Source: an uncultured Gemmatimonadales bacterium (GTDB taxonomy: Bacteria > Gemmatimonadota > Gemmatimonadetes > Longimicrobiales > RSA9). From it: a DNA stretch of 64,000 bases. The notes under the pieces were generated by a model, which saw nothing but the letters and a program-made list of their open reading frames with translations, searched no databases and had not been told where the DNA came from. Positions 49,026 through 62,300 of the stretch are shown in pieces (positions within the stretch are counted from its first letter, which is position 1; each line of letters opens with the position of its first letter). Where the stretch lies: assembly GCA_963816355.1 (NCBI GenBank), contig CAWFKH010000004.1, positions 32,001-96,000 of the forward strand, given 5' to 3'. The translations under genes and the position numbers were made by a program.

Positions 49026-51027
49026 TTCCTGCGCGCCCTCGCGCGGAGGAACGCTTCGAGGCCGCGCAGGTGCGCTTCGGCGATGCGGCGCTGCACGTCC
49101 GGATCGTCGAGCGCCGCGCCCTGCAGCGGCACCATCATGAACATCGTCTCGGTGAGCGCCGCGGGCATCCACGTCGGGTTGCGCACGAGCGCCAGGCTGG
49201 AGCGGCCGACGCCGAGGTTGCGCAGACCGAGCTCGTCGAGCAGCTCCGCCTCCAGCGCCTCCGCGAGCGCCGCCGAGTTGCCGTGGAAGTAGTAGACGCT
49301 CGTGCCCGCGTTCGTGAACGGATCGACGCCGTCCGGGAACGCGTTGTTGTGGATCGAGACGAGCAGGTCGGCGTCCTCCGCCTCCGCCTTCTCGGTGCGG
49401 TCGTAGAGGCCGACCGCCTGCGTGTCCGGGCGGGTCATGACGACGCGTGCGCCCGCGCGCTCGAGGAGCGGCGCGAGCTTCGCCGCGATCGCGAGGTTCG
49501 CCTGCGCCTCCGTCAGGCGCGTCGGGCTGATCGCGCCGCCCGGCGGGTGCCCCGCGTCGACCGCGACGGTGAGGCCGCGCAGCGGCGCGTTCGCGTCGAT
49601 CAGCGGCGGCTTGCGCACGCGCACGACGAGGTCCCCGTCGGCGGCCCAGCGCGCGTCGTAGCCCCACGGCCATGTGGCGAGGTCGAGGCGCAGCCGGTAG
49701 ACGCCGGCGGACGGCTGCGACCACGACGCGCGCAGCACCCACGGATCGAGCGTGCCGTACTGCAGCCATCCGGTGTTCGCCGCGGCGCCGTAGAGCGTGA
49801 TCTCGAGCGCATCCTCGAGCTCCTCGATGCGGAACGGGAAGCGATCCGAAGTGGCGAGACGCACCTCGACCCAGCGCGCCGCCGGGCGCAGCCGCACCGT
49901 TCCCACCTCGCCGTGGACCGGCGGCGTGCCGGGCGCGAGGAGGCGGACGCCCTCCGACGGCGAGATCCACGCGTCGAGGTCCGGCGCGAGCGCCACCCGA
50001 TAGTCGCCCTCGCGCTCGCCGCTCACATCGAAGCGCGTCCCTTCCGGCCAGAAGTAGGACCACGTGCCTCCGGGGGCGTGGGCCGCGCGCGCCTTCCCCG
50101 CCGTCCGCGGCCGCGGACCGGCCAGCGCCACCGCGCCCGCGCGCGGCCGGCCGTCGAGGACGACGAGGTTGAGCGGCAGCGCGCGCCGCACGGTGTCGCC
50201 CGCGACGGCGAGGCGCAGCGTGGCGGTGAGCGCGGTGTCGCCCGGCGCCGGTCGGGGCGCCGTCGCGAGCGACGGCCACGGCACCGCGGTGTCGCGCGCG
50301 GCGAGCGGCGTCGCCACGAAGAAGCCCCGGTAGCGCGACCACGCCGGCCGTCTCGCCGCCGCGGCCTGCGGTGCGGCGACGGCGAAGTCGCGATTCGCCT
50401 GCGACGGCCGGGCGCGCTCCGTCTCCTCGACGAGCGGCACGATCGAGCCGTCGGGAAGGCGCAGCGACGCGGCGCCGCGCGGCGTGCCGCGGAAGCCGAC
50501 CTCGACGCGTTCGCCCGGCTGCGCCGCCCACGCGCCGCGCGGACGGACGCTGCCCGGCGCGATCGCCGCCCGGCCGGCGGGCGGCGGCGCGGGCGCGGGC
50601 GGCACGCCGACGTGGATCGTGAGGCTCCGCGTGGTGCCGGCGGCGCTCGCGCGGACGTCGTAGACGCTGTCGGCGGGCACCGGCAGGAACGCCAGGAAGG
50701 CGCCGTTCGGCTGCACCTCGACCGGCGTTCCGTTGATGGTGAGCGTCGCCTCGCCGGTGCCGGTCGAGCCGAAGACGAAGGTGGAGTCGCGCGTCGCGAT
50801 CGCCGCGCCCTCCTGGGGATAGACGACGTCGAGCGCGAGCGCGCCGTGGCGCTCCGGGATCGGCGGCAGCTTCTCCCTCGCGCCCGCGGCGGCACCGGCG
50901 GGCGCCGGCGGCGCGGGCGGCGCGGCCGGCGCGCAGGCGGCGGCGAGGAGGGCGGCCGCGGCGAAGCGCGCGGCGGCGGGACGCGCGGCGGCGGGGCGCG
51001 CGGCGGCGGCGAAGGGTCGATCGGTCC

Positions 51028-51031
<4 letters not shown>
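49022..51031 (-). CDS. Lipoprotein N-acetylmuramoyl-L-alanine amidase (Amidase_3)
   Basis: LAAA-C lipobox-like signal; VDAGH, TEAQAN, SIHNNA, LTE; ATG at 51031 overlaps the SSS stop. Confidence 0.9.
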
Positions 51032-52838
<1,807 letters not shown>

Positions 52839-52842
<4 letters not shown>

Positions 52843-54560
52843 GTACCTCCCTTTCCGCCCGGCGCGTAACTCGCCGGACACCGCGCGAAAGAGGGCTCGG
52901 CGCCCGTTTCCGCGCTTTCGAGGCGCACGATCCGCGCCGCGTCCGGCTCGATTCCGAAGAGCGCCGTCTCTCCGTCCGGCGCGATGCGCACCACGCAGAA
53001 GGCGTTCGGATGCGACGTGAGGATCGGGCCCAGGTACGTCGCGCTCAGCGCGTCGAGGGCGTCGAAGACGACGTAGCGGCTGTGCGTCACGCGCGCCATC
53101 GCGAGCAGCGAGTCCGGCTCCGCCGTCTTCGGGTAGATGCGGCTGGGGTGGCCGCTGAAGTGATAGAACAGCGTCGGCTTGCGCGAGATCACCGCCGCCC
53201 CCGGCGGCAGCGCGCCGCGCGACCACTCGGCCAGGCGGAAGAAGGAGGCGAAGCGCGGCTCCGCGCACGGGTAGCTCGATCCCGCCGTGCCGAGCGCGCT
53301 GCAGTCCATGCCGACGCGGATCAGCGCCACCGTCTGCGGCAGCCCGACCAGGATCAGGGCGGCCGTGCCCGCGACCGCGAGGCCGTTCATGACGCGGCGG
53401 CGGCGCGGCGGCGCGGCGGCGCTCTCGCCGGCCGCGGCAGCGGCGCGGGAGGGCGCGCCCAAGATGCGGCGGGCGGCCGCCGCCAGCGCGAGCGCGGCGT
53501 AGCCGAGGATCGGCGGCAGGGCCGGCAGCAGGAACCGCTCCCCGGACCACACGGCGGGCCACGCGAGCAGCAGCGCGCCGTAGAGGGGCAGGAACAGCTC
53601 CGGCACGCCGGGACGCCGGAGGCGCATCGCCCACCCGACGAGCGCGGCGGCGAGGAGCGCGCTGCAGAGCGCGCTCAGCGGCGGCGTCCTCAGACCGAAG
53701 AGCAGCATCGGCAGGTGCTGGGCGGCGTAGCTGCCGGCGTTCTCGAGGCCGCGCTGGAGGAGGTCTCCGGGTCCGATCGTCCCCTCCGCGGGCGCGTACG
53801 GGTTCACGTAGCGGAACTGCTGAACGTAGTCGATCCCGGAAAGCGAGCGCGCGCGCAGCCACCACGCCGCCGCCGGCACGCCGACCACCGCGGCGGTGAT
53901 CCCCAGGCGCCGCCATTGCCGGCGCAGCGCGAGCCACGCGAGCGCCGCCGCGACGAGCGGCAGGCCCGCGGAGCGGATGAAGTAGGCGAGCAGCGTCGCG
54001 CCGACCGCGACGCCGAAGCGGCGCGAGCCGGACTCCGTCTCGCTCCACGCCCACAGCGCCACGGTGACGAGCGCCCAGAACGGGACGTCCGACAGCACCC
54101 AGTGTGCGAGGTCGATCACGCCCGGCGCCGCTCCCACCACGAGCGAGATGGCGAGCGCGGCGCGCGGCGAGATCCAGCGTCGCAGCCACAGGTACGTGAA
54201 CGCGATCGCCGCCCCCGAGAACGCGACGATGAGCAGCTTGAACGCGACCCACGAGTGGAACCCGAGCAGCTTCATTCCCGCGAGCAGCAGCGGAAAGGCC
54301 GGCGGGTACTGCGTGTGCGGCGGCGTGAGCGGGTCCCACAGATCGACGTAGGCGTGCCGCCGCAGCAGCGCGTCCGCCAGCGCGAGGTACGCGGCGTTGT
54401 CGCCGCCGGGATGCGGCGTCGGGTCGAGCGCGAGCAGCGCGAGCGACACGTGCATCGCCGCGAGCGCAGCGGCGATCACGCCTGGCCGCAATCGCACGGG
54501 CTTCGCGGCCGCGGCCGCCGTACCCGCGGCGGAGGGCCCCGCGCGCGCCTTCGCGCTCAT
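52839..54560 (-). CDS. GT-C superfamily (ArnT/PMT-like) membrane glycosyltransferase
   Basis: TM helix then GDNAAY...QYPPAFP loop, LSDVPF, ERFLLP; many TMs and a C-terminal soluble domain. Confidence 0.75.
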
Positions 54561-56167
54561 CGCGGGCGGGAGCCCGCGCGCCGGGCGATCCAGCGCGCCG
54601 CGGCCTGCTGCATCAGCGGCTCACCGCCCCACGCGCACACGACGCGCTCCGCCGCCAGCTCCGCGCCCAGCCGCGGGTGGCCGAAGAGGAGCACCGTCGT
54701 GGCGCGCCGGGAGGCCACGACGCGCTCGATGCGCTCGCGGGCCGCCGCCGAGATCCCCGGCCGCCCCTTCCACGCCCGGATGTCGGCGTACACCGCGATC
54801 ACCGCCGCGCGCTCGCCGTCGGCGTCGTCGCCGACCTCCCGCACCGCGATGCCGAGCGCGCGTAGCGTGCGTCCGAGCGTGTCGCGCGGCGGCGGCGCGA
54901 ACGGGCCGCCGACGTCGTCGTCGATCGTGACGAGATCGAGTTCGCCCACGCCGAGCGCGGTCTCGCCCCGCAGCAGTCGCACCGTGGCGGTCGCGGTCTC
55001 GACCGCCCACGCCCGGTCGGCGGGCCGGCCCCACGGCCGCTCGCCCCCGGCCGCGGCGGGCGCCTCCGCGCCCCCCTCCGCGGCCGCCGTGGCGCGCCAC
55101 TCCGCCCGCGCGACCCGCTCGCACGCGGCCTGCACGCGGCCGACCGCCCCGGCAATGCGCGCGCGCAGCGTCGCCGCGGACGCGTCGCCCCCGGCGTCGG
55201 CGGCGCCCGGCGCAGCGCCGGCCGAGCCATCCCCGCCGGGCCGCCCGCCGCCCGCGCCGGCCGCCTCGCGCAGGCGCGTGGCAAGCAGTTCGACGTCGAC
55301 CGGGTAGAGCAGCGCGTCACACCCCGCCGCCACGGCGCGCAGCGCGACCTCCGCCTCGCCCGCCTCCGCGGCGCCGAGTGCCTCCATGTTCAGCGCGTCG
55401 GTGACCACCAGGCCGTCGAAGCCGAGCCGCTCGCGAAGCAGCCCGGTCAGGATCGCTCGCGAAAGCGTCGCCGGCGTCGCGCCGTCGTCCAGCGCCGGGT
55501 AGGCGACGTGGGCGCTCATGAGCGAGTCGACGCCGGCGTCGATCGCGGCGCGGAAGGGCGCCAGGTCGAGCTCGAGATCCGCCGCCGCGGCCTGGACCAC
55601 CGGCAGCTCGACGTGCGAATCGGCGATGGTGCGGCCGTGGCCGGGGAAGTGCTTCGCGCAGGCGAGCGCGCCGCCCGCGTGGCAGCCGTCCACCCAGGCG
55701 CGCACGTGCGCCGAGACGCGCTCCGGATCGGCGCCGAACGCGCGTGTCCCGACGATCGGGTTGCGCGGCTCGATGTCCAGGTCCGCGACCGGCGCGTAGA
55801 TCCAGTCGACGCCCAGGGAGCGTGCCTCGCGCGCCGTCAGCTCCGCCGCCCGCCGCGTCACCTCGACGTCGCCGAGCGCGCCGAGCGCGGCGAGCGGCGG
55901 CAGCGGCGTCGCGCCGGCGAACTGCTGTCCCGCCCCGCGCTCGAGGTCGGCGCCGAAGAGCAGCGGGCGCCCCGCCCGCCGGCGCAGGTCTTCGATCAGC
56001 GACCGCACCCGCTCCGCCGTGCCGCCGAAGACGATGAAGCCGCCGACGCCGAGCGCGAGCGCGCGTTCGGCTCCGGCGCGGGCGCCGTCGAAGCCCGCCG
56101 CCGCGTCGTGGCGGATGGCGGGAAAGAGCAGTCGGGCGGCGTCCATGGGCATCCGGGTCAGAGGCAT
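54557..56167 (-). CDS. nagZ: GH3 beta-N-acetylglucosaminidase
   Basis: ADLERG, KHFPGHGRTIADSH (NagZ signature), VVTDAL; no signal peptide; start uncertain. Confidence 0.88.
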   Translation of the reverse strand: MPLTRMPMDAARLLFPAIRHDAAAGFDGARAGAERALALGVGGFIVFGGTAERVRSLIEDLRRRAGRPLLFGADLERGAGQQFAGATPLPPLAALGALGDVEVTRRAAELTAREARSLGVDWIYAPVADLDIEPRNPIVGTRAFGADPERVSAHVRAWVDGCHAGGALACAKHFPGHGRTIADSHVELPVVQAAAADLELDLAPFRAAIDAGVDSLMSAHVAYPALDDGATPATLSRAILTGLLRERLGFDGLVVTDALNMEALGAAEAGEAEVALRAVAAGCDALLYPVDVELLATRLREAAGAGGGRPGGDGSAGAAPGAADAGGDASAATLRARIAGAVGRVQAACERVARAEWRATAAAEGGAEAPAAAGGERPWGRPADRAWAVETATATVRLLRGETALGVGELDLVTIDDDVGGPFAPPPRDTLGRTLRALGIAVREVGDDADGERAAVIAVYADIRAWKGRPGISAAARERIERVVASRRATTVLLFGHPRLGAELAAERVVCAWGGEPLMQQAAARWIARRAGSRPR

Positions 56168-56171
56168 GTGG

Positions 56172-57362
56172 TCACGAGTCGGAAGAGGTTGCGCCGGCGC
56201 GCGCGGCCGCGCCCGGAGTGTAGGACCCGAGCACGCGCGGGCCGCGGGCGCCGGTCGCCTCCGGCACGTTGCCGGGCAGAGCGCGCAGGTGCGCCCACGC
56301 GAGAGCCGCGAAAGCGACCGCCTCCTTCGCGTCCGGGTCCAGGCCGATCGCCCGCGCGTCCACGACGCGCAGCTCCGGCAGCAGCGCCGCGATCCCTTCC
56401 GCGATCGCCGGGTTGTGGGCGCCGCCGCCGGTGAGCACCAGCTCCGTCGCTCCGCGCGGGAGCACCCACCGCCGCACGGCGTCCGCGATGGTCCGCGCGG
56501 TGAGCGCGGTCAGCGTCGCGACGACGTCGTCCCAGCCGGCCTCGGTGGCGACGCCGCGCTCCGCCGCGAGCGCCGCGACGAACGGCCGGCCGAACGTCTC
56601 GCGCCCGGTCGACTTCGGCGGCTCCCGCGCGAAGAAGGGGTGCGCCAGCAGCGCCTCCAGCAGCGCGTCGTCGACGCGACCGCGGCGGGCACGCGCGCCG
56701 TCGCGGTCGAAGCGCTGGCGGCCGCCGCTCGCGAGCTCGACGGCGGCGTCGATCAACGCGTTGCCCGGCCCCGTGTCGAAGGCGAGCGGGGGCGCGTCGT
56801 CGCCGCGCGCCGCGAGCCAGGTCAGGTTCGCCATGCCCCCGATGTTCTGCAGCACGCGCGCGCGATCCGCGCCGAAGAGGAGGCGGTCCACGAACGGCAC
56901 CAGCGGCGCGCCCTCGCCGCCGGCGGCCGTGTCGCGTGCGCGGAAGTCGCTCACGACGGCGATCCCGGTGCGCTCGGCGATCGTCGCCGCGCAGCCGAGC
57001 TGCAGCGACGCCGCCCGCCGCCCCGCCTCGCGCGGGATGTGCCAGATCGTCTGGCCGTGGGAGCCGACGACGTCGACGTCCGCCGGCTCGACGCCACCGG
57101 CGCGGCACGCGGCCAGCGCGGCCTCCGCAAGCCACTCCCCGAGATCCACGTGGAGGCGGCAGAGGGTCGCAGCGCCGCCCTCGAGGATGGCGGCGTGGAT
57201 GCGCTCGCGGCGGCCGTCGTCGTACGGCCGCGTGACGAACGCGCGCAGCCGCCACGACGGCGCCGCGTCGCCGCCGGAGAAGTCCACCAGCGCGGCGTCG
57301 ATGCCGTCCAGCGAGGTGCCGGACATGAGGCCGATCGCGCGGACCGTCGGGGGGCCGCTCAA
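56172..57362 (-). CDS. anmK: Anhydro-N-acetylmuramic acid kinase
   Basis: GLMSGTSLDGID, GSHGQTIWH, DFRARD, GGEGAPL, NIGGMAN, FDTGPGN, KSTGRE. Confidence 0.96.
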   Translation of the reverse strand: MSGPPTVRAIGLMSGTSLDGIDAALVDFSGGDAAPSWRLRAFVTRPYDDGRRERIHAAILEGGAATLCRLHVDLGEWLAEAALAACRAGGVEPADVDVVGSHGQTIWHIPREAGRRAASLQLGCAATIAERTGIAVVSDFRARDTAAGGEGAPLVPFVDRLLFGADRARVLQNIGGMANLTWLAARGDDAPPLAFDTGPGNALIDAAVELASGGRQRFDRDGARARRGRVDDALLEALLAHPFFAREPPKSTGRETFGRPFVAALAAERGVATEAGWDDVVATLTALTARTIADAVRRWVLPRGATELVLTGGGAHNPAIAEGIAALLPELRVVDARAIGLDPDAKEAVAFAALAWAHLRALPGNVPEATGARGPRVLGSYTPGAAARAGATSSDS

Positions 57363-58318
57363 GGCGCCTTCTCCAGCACGCGCGCGACCACCCCGTCCGC
57401 GTCCGCGAGCCGGCGCCGCGCCTCGTCCGCGCTCACGCCCAGGCGCCCCATCACGATGCCGCTCTTCACGTGGCCGCCCGCCTCGCTCAGGAGCGCCGCG
57501 GCGGCGGCGCGCTCGAGCCCGAGCGTCTCCATCAGGATCCGCTCGCCGCGCTCGCGCAGCTTCTCGCCCGTCACCTGCAGGTCCACCATCAGGTTGCCGA
57601 ACACCTTGCCGCGGCGCACCATCGCGGCGGTCGTGATCGCGTTCAGCACCATCTTCGTCGCGGTGCCCGCCTTCATCCGCGTCGAGCCCGTGACCACCTC
57701 GGGCCCCACGAGCGGCGCGATCACGACGTCGTGCGTGCGGGCCAGCTCCGGCGGCGGGTAGGTGCAGAGGAGGAAGCCGGTGCGCCCCCCCAGCTCGCGC
57801 GCGCGCCGCAGCGCGCCGTGCACGAACGGCGTCGTGCCGGACGTCGCCACGCCCAGCACGAAATCCTCCGGCCCCACGCCATGGCCGTCCATCGCCGCCG
57901 CTCCGCCCGCGGCCGAGTCCTCCGCCCCCTCCTGCGCGCGCACCAGCGCCTCCGGGCCGCCCGCGATCACGCCCACCACGAGCGACGGATCGGTGCCGAA
58001 CGTCGGTGGCATCTCGGCCGCGTCGAGCACGCCCAGCCGCCCCGACGTCCCCGCCCCGACGTACAGCAGCCGACCGCCGCGCGCGAAGCTCTCGACCACC
58101 AGCTCGACGCAGCGTGCGATCGCCTCCCGCTCCGCGTGCACAGCGGCGGCGACCGTCGCGTCCTCGGCGTTGATCAGATCGACGATCTCGAGCGTCGTGA
58201 GCTCGTCGATGCGAGCGCTTCGCGGGTTGCGCTGCTCGGTGAGCCGTGGGTCGCCGCCGCGCGCCGCGCGGCCGGGTTGCGCCGGCATGAGGGTCGGCCT
58301 TGCCTGCCCTTGGGTCAT
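57359..58318 (-). CDS. murQ: N-acetylmuramic acid 6-phosphate etherase
   Basis: TEQRNP, GAGTSGRLGVLDAAE, EGAED, GPEVVTGSTRMKAGTATK, GNLMVD; start at ATG 58318 or 58288. Confidence 0.95.
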   Translation of the reverse strand: MTQGQARPTLMPAQPGRAARGGDPRLTEQRNPRSARIDELTTLEIVDLINAEDATVAAAVHAEREAIARCVELVVESFARGGRLLYVGAGTSGRLGVLDAAEMPPTFGTDPSLVVGVIAGGPEALVRAQEGAEDSAAGGAAAMDGHGVGPEDFVLGVATSGTTPFVHGALRRARELGGRTGFLLCTYPPPELARTHDVVIAPLVGPEVVTGSTRMKAGTATKMVLNAITTAAMVRRGKVFGNLMVDLQVTGEKLRERGERILMETLGLERAAAAALLSEAGGHVKSGIVMGRLGVSADEARRRLADADGVVARVLEKAP

Positions 58319-58379
58319 CGGTAAATTGCGGGGCGCAAGATACTTATGCACACTCGTCCCGGGCAACGCCGGAGCCGCG

Positions 58380-59564
58380 ATGACCCCGCTGCTGCAACGC
58401 GCGCAGGCGATCGAAGCCGACCTCGTCGAGATCCGCCGCGACCTGCACCGACACCCCGAGCTCTCCTTCCGCGAGACGCGCACCGCCGCAGCCGCCGCGG
58501 ACCGCGTCGAGGCCCTCGGCTTCCACGTTCGCCGCGACGTCGGCCGCACCGGCGTCGTCGCCGACCTCGCCAACGGCGCCGGCCCCACCATCGCGCTGCG
58601 CGCCGACATGGACGCGCTGCCGATCCAGGAGGCCAACGACGTCGACTACCGCTCCACGGTCGCCGGCGTCATGCACGCCTGCGGCCACGACGCACACGTC
58701 AGCATGCTCGTCGGCGCCGCCCGCCTGCTCGCCGACGCGAAGCGCGCGGGCGATCTGCCCGCCGGCGCCGTGCGCCTCCTCTTCCAGCCCTCCGAGGAGG
58801 CGAGCGACGAGGAGAACCTCAGCGGCGCCGCGCGCATGATCGCCGATGGCGCGATGCGCGGCGTCGACGCGGTCTTCGGCCTCCACATCGGCGCCCACCT
58901 GCCCGCCGGCAAGCTCTACCTCCTGCCCGGGCCCATGATGGCCGGCACCGACACGATCATCGGCGAGGTGCGCGGCCGCAGCTCCCACGCCGCGCGCCCC
59001 GAGGAAGGGATCGACGCCGTCGTCCTCGCCGCCCACGTCGTGCTCGCCTGCCAGAACGGCGTCGCGCGCCGCATCTCGCCCGTCGACCAGGGCGTCGTCA
59101 CGATCGGCCGCATCGAGGGCGGCGTCGCCGAGAACGTGCTCGCCGAACGCGTCTGCCTGCGCGGCACGATCCGCTACTTCGACGTGCGCGTGCGCGAGCG
59201 CCTGCAGGAGGCGGTGCGCGGCGCCTTCGCGGTCGCCGACGCGCTGGGCGGCCACGGCGCCCTGGAGATCCGGCCCGGCTACCCGCCCGTCATCAACGAC
59301 GACGCCATGACCGCGCTCGCGCGCGAAGCGACGACCGCCGCGCTCGGCGCCGAGCGCGTCGACCGCGCCGAGCCGATGCTCGGCGGCGAGGACTTCGCGA
59401 TCCTGCTCGGCGAGGCGCCCGGCTCCTTCTTCTGGCTGGGCGGCGCGCTCGAGCCACCGCGCGAGCACCATCACCCGCGCTTCGACATCGACGAGCGCGT
59501 GCTGCCGCTCGGCGCCGCCGCGCTCGCCGCGTGCGCCACGCGCGCGCTCGAGACCGTGCGATGA
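58380..59564 (+). CDS. M20D family amidohydrolase
   Basis: HPELSF, RADMDALP, MHACGHDAH, FQPSEE, GEDF, HHPRF. Confidence 0.93.
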   Translation: MTPLLQRAQAIEADLVEIRRDLHRHPELSFRETRTAAAAADRVEALGFHVRRDVGRTGVVADLANGAGPTIALRADMDALPIQEANDVDYRSTVAGVMHACGHDAHVSMLVGAARLLADAKRAGDLPAGAVRLLFQPSEEASDEENLSGAARMIADGAMRGVDAVFGLHIGAHLPAGKLYLLPGPMMAGTDTIIGEVRGRSSHAARPEEGIDAVVLAAHVVLACQNGVARRISPVDQGVVTIGRIEGGVAENVLAERVCLRGTIRYFDVRVRERLQEAVRGAFAVADALGGHGALEIRPGYPPVINDDAMTALAREATTAALGAERVDRAEPMLGGEDFAILLGEAPGSFFWLGGALEPPREHHHPRFDIDERVLPLGAAALAACATRALETVR

Positions 59565-61411
59565 GGCGGCTCCCCGCACGGCGCCGGCGGGCGACGGCGC
59601 GCGCCCCGGGATCCGCCGCCGCTCCGCGCCGCCGCTCCGCCGCGGCCGCCCTCGCGCCGCTGCTGCTCGTACCGCTGCTGCTCGCGCCGCTGCTCTCCCT
59701 CGCCGGCTGCACCTCGCCGCCCGCGCCGGCTCCCACGCCGACGGCGCCCGGCGACGCGATCCCGCCCGCGTGGCGGTTCCCCGTCGCGGCGGCGCACCCC
59801 ACCACCGCGGAGCACGGCATGGTCGTCACGGATGCGCCGCTCGCGAGCGACGTGGGCGCGCGCGTGCTGGCGGAAGGGGGCAACGCGGTGGATGCGGCGG
59901 TGGCGACGGCGTTCGCGCTCGCCGTCGTCTATCCGGAGGCGGGCAACATCGGCGGCGGCGGCTTCATGGTGGTGCGCCTCGCCGACGGCACGACGGCGTC
60001 GCTCGACTTCCGCGAGAAGGCGCCGCTCGCGGCGACCCGCGACATGTACATCGGTCCGGACGGCCGGGCCACGGACGCGTCGCTGATCGGCTACCGCGCC
60101 TCCGGCGTGCCGGGCAGCGTGATGGGTCTGTGGGAGGCGCACCGGCGCTTCGGCAGCGTGCCGTGGAAAACGCTGCTGCAGCCCGCGATCCGGCTGGCGG
60201 AGGAGGGGTTCACCGTCAGCGCGGATTTCGCCGGCGCCATCCGCGCCGACGCCGCCCGCCTGCGCCGCTTCCCCGCCTCCGCCGCGCTCTTCCTCCCCGG
60301 CGGCGAGCCGCCTGCCGTCGGCTCTACGTGGCGCGATGCGGACCTCGCGGCGACGCTGCGCCGCATCGCCGCGAGTGGACCCGCCGGCTTCTACGACGGC
60401 GAGACGGCGGAGCGGATCGTGGCGGAGATGCGGCGCGGCGGCGGCCTGATCACGCGCGAGGACCTGCGCCGCTACCGCGCGGTGTGGCGCGAGCCGATTC
60501 GCTTCCGCTACCGCGGCAACGAGATCGTTTCGATGCCGCCGCCGTCGTCGGGCGGGATCACGATGGCGGAAGTGCTGAACATGCTCGAAGGGTGGAACCT
60601 CGACTCGCTCGGCTGGCACTCGCCCGCGCACCTGCACCTGCTCGCCGAGACGATGCGCCGCGCCTTCGCCGACCGCAACTCCTACCTCGGCGATCCGGAT
60701 TTCGTCGACTTCCCGCAGGCGCGCCTCGTCTCGAAGGCGTACGCGCGCGAGCGCGTCGCGGACATCCGGCCGGACCGCGCCACCCGCTCCGCCGACGTCG
60801 CCCCCGGCCTCGGTCCCGTCGCCGAGCCGAGCCACACCACCCACTTCTCCGTCGTCGACGCCGCGGGCGACGCCGTCGCGACGACGACGACCCTCAACGC
60901 ACTCTTCGGCTCCGGCGTCAGCGTCGCCGGCGCCGGCTTCGCGCTCAACGACGAGATGGACGACTTCGCCGCGAAGCCCGGCACACCCAACATGTTCGGC
61001 CTCGTGCAGGGCGAGCAGAACGCGATCGCACCCGGCAAACGGATGCTCTCCGCCATGGCCCCGACGATCGTCGTCGCGCCGGACGGCCACGTGCGCCTCG
61101 TCACGGGCGCACGCGGCGGCCCGCGCATCATCACCGGCACGCTGCAGGTGATCTCCAACGTGCTCGACTTCGGCATGGACGTCGGCGCGGCCGTGGACGC
61201 GCCCCGCGTGCACCACCAGCACCTGCCCGACACGCTCTACTACGAAGCGAACGGCCTAACGCCCGCGCAGATCAAGGCGCTGGAGGCGATGGGCCATCAC
61301 GTCGCGCCGTTCCACGGCTACATCGGCAACGCCCCCTCGATCCTCTGGGCCGACGGGAAATGGACCGGGATCCCCGACCCGCGACAGGGCGGATCCGCCG
61401 CCGCCCATTGA
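59561..61411 (+). CDS. ggt: Gamma-glutamyltransferase (lipoprotein)
   Basis: LAG-C lipobox, GGNAVDAA, GNIGGGGF, DFRE, HTTHFSVVD (catalytic Thr), NDEMDDF; ATGA overlap with the amidohydrolase. Confidence 0.95.
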   Translation: MRRLPARRRRATARAPGSAAAPRRRSAAAALAPLLLVPLLLAPLLSLAGCTSPPAPAPTPTAPGDAIPPAWRFPVAAAHPTTAEHGMVVTDAPLASDVGARVLAEGGNAVDAAVATAFALAVVYPEAGNIGGGGFMVVRLADGTTASLDFREKAPLAATRDMYIGPDGRATDASLIGYRASGVPGSVMGLWEAHRRFGSVPWKTLLQPAIRLAEEGFTVSADFAGAIRADAARLRRFPASAALFLPGGEPPAVGSTWRDADLAATLRRIAASGPAGFYDGETAERIVAEMRRGGGLITREDLRRYRAVWREPIRFRYRGNEIVSMPPPSSGGITMAEVLNMLEGWNLDSLGWHSPAHLHLLAETMRRAFADRNSYLGDPDFVDFPQARLVSKAYARERVADIRPDRATRSADVAPGLGPVAEPSHTTHFSVVDAAGDAVATTTTLNALFGSGVSVAGAGFALNDEMDDFAAKPGTPNMFGLVQGEQNAIAPGKRMLSAMAPTIVVAPDGHVRLVTGARGGPRIITGTLQVISNVLDFGMDVGAAVDAPRVHHQHLPDTLYYEANGLTPAQIKALEAMGHHVAPFHGYIGNAPSILWADGKWTGIPDPRQGGSAAAH

Positions 61412-61430
61412 TCCCCACACCCCGGACCCG

Positions 61431-62300
61431 CTACCGGCTCGCCCTCACCTGCACCGGCTCGTCCAGACGGATCACCAGCCGCGACCCCGCCGGCAGCACC
61501 GCGTCCACGTCCGCCGTCCCCATCGCGATCGCCGTACCCGCCGCCGCGCCGATGGCCGCGCCCTTCAGCGTCGACGACGTGCTCTTCCCCAGCACCTTGC
61601 CCAGGATCGCGCCCGCGGCCGCGCCCGCGGCCACCTTCGCCGCCGACTCGCCTACCGACGTCCGGTTGCTCCGCTGCGGGTTCGCCTCCAGCACCGACGC
61701 CTGCATCGGGTAGGTGTGCCCGCCCCACTCGATCGACTGGAACGCCAGCTTGATCACCGCCGTCTCACCCACCCGGCCCGACTTCTGGACCCCCGTCACC
61801 GTGCCGTTCACCGTCGCGCCGGCCGGCACCAGCACCGTCCCGTCCGCGTCCATGATCGGCTCCGCCAGGCGCGCCGTGAACGGGTCGCCCGCGTGATTCG
61901 TCTCCGTCGACAGCGTCTCGTTCAGACGCAACGCGACCGACGTCCCCGCCGGCACCGAGCGCGTCACCACCCGCGGCTGCGGCGCCGGCTGCGGCGCCGG
62001 CTCCTGCGGCCTCGGCGTCGGAGACGGCTGCGTCGTCCGCGGCCGCGTCGTGCGCGGCCGGCTGCTCGGCTGCGGCGCGGGCGTGGTGGCCGGCGCAGCG
62101 TTCGGCTGCGCCGCGACGGCGGTGTCCTCGAAAGTGGCCGATGTGCTGTCCTGCCCCAGGGCCAGGTCCAGCTCGCGCCCGAGCTCCTCCTGCTGCAGCG
62201 CGTCCCGGTCCTGCCCCTTGTCGCCTCCACACGCGAGCGGCGCGAGCGCGAACGGGACGAACGCGACGAGCGTGGCGATCTGCTTGAATCTGGCCATCAT
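61431..62300 (-). CDS. Hypothetical lipoprotein with a Pro-rich linker and glycine-zipper C-terminal domain
   Basis: GAGGAGG RBS; LA-C lipobox; VPAGT...LNETLS, GAAAGAILG/GAAIGAAAG. Confidence 0.82.
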   Translation of the reverse strand: MMARFKQIATLVAFVPFALAPLACGGDKGQDRDALQQEELGRELDLALGQDSTSATFEDTAVAAQPNAAPATTPAPQPSSRPRTTRPRTTQPSPTPRPQEPAPQPAPQPRVVTRSVPAGTSVALRLNETLSTETNHAGDPFTARLAEPIMDADGTVLVPAGATVNGTVTGVQKSGRVGETAVIKLAFQSIEWGGHTYPMQASVLEANPQRSNRTSVGESAAKVAAGAAAGAILGKVLGKSTSSTLKGAAIGAAAGTAIAMGTADVDAVLPAGSRLVIRLDEPVQVRASR

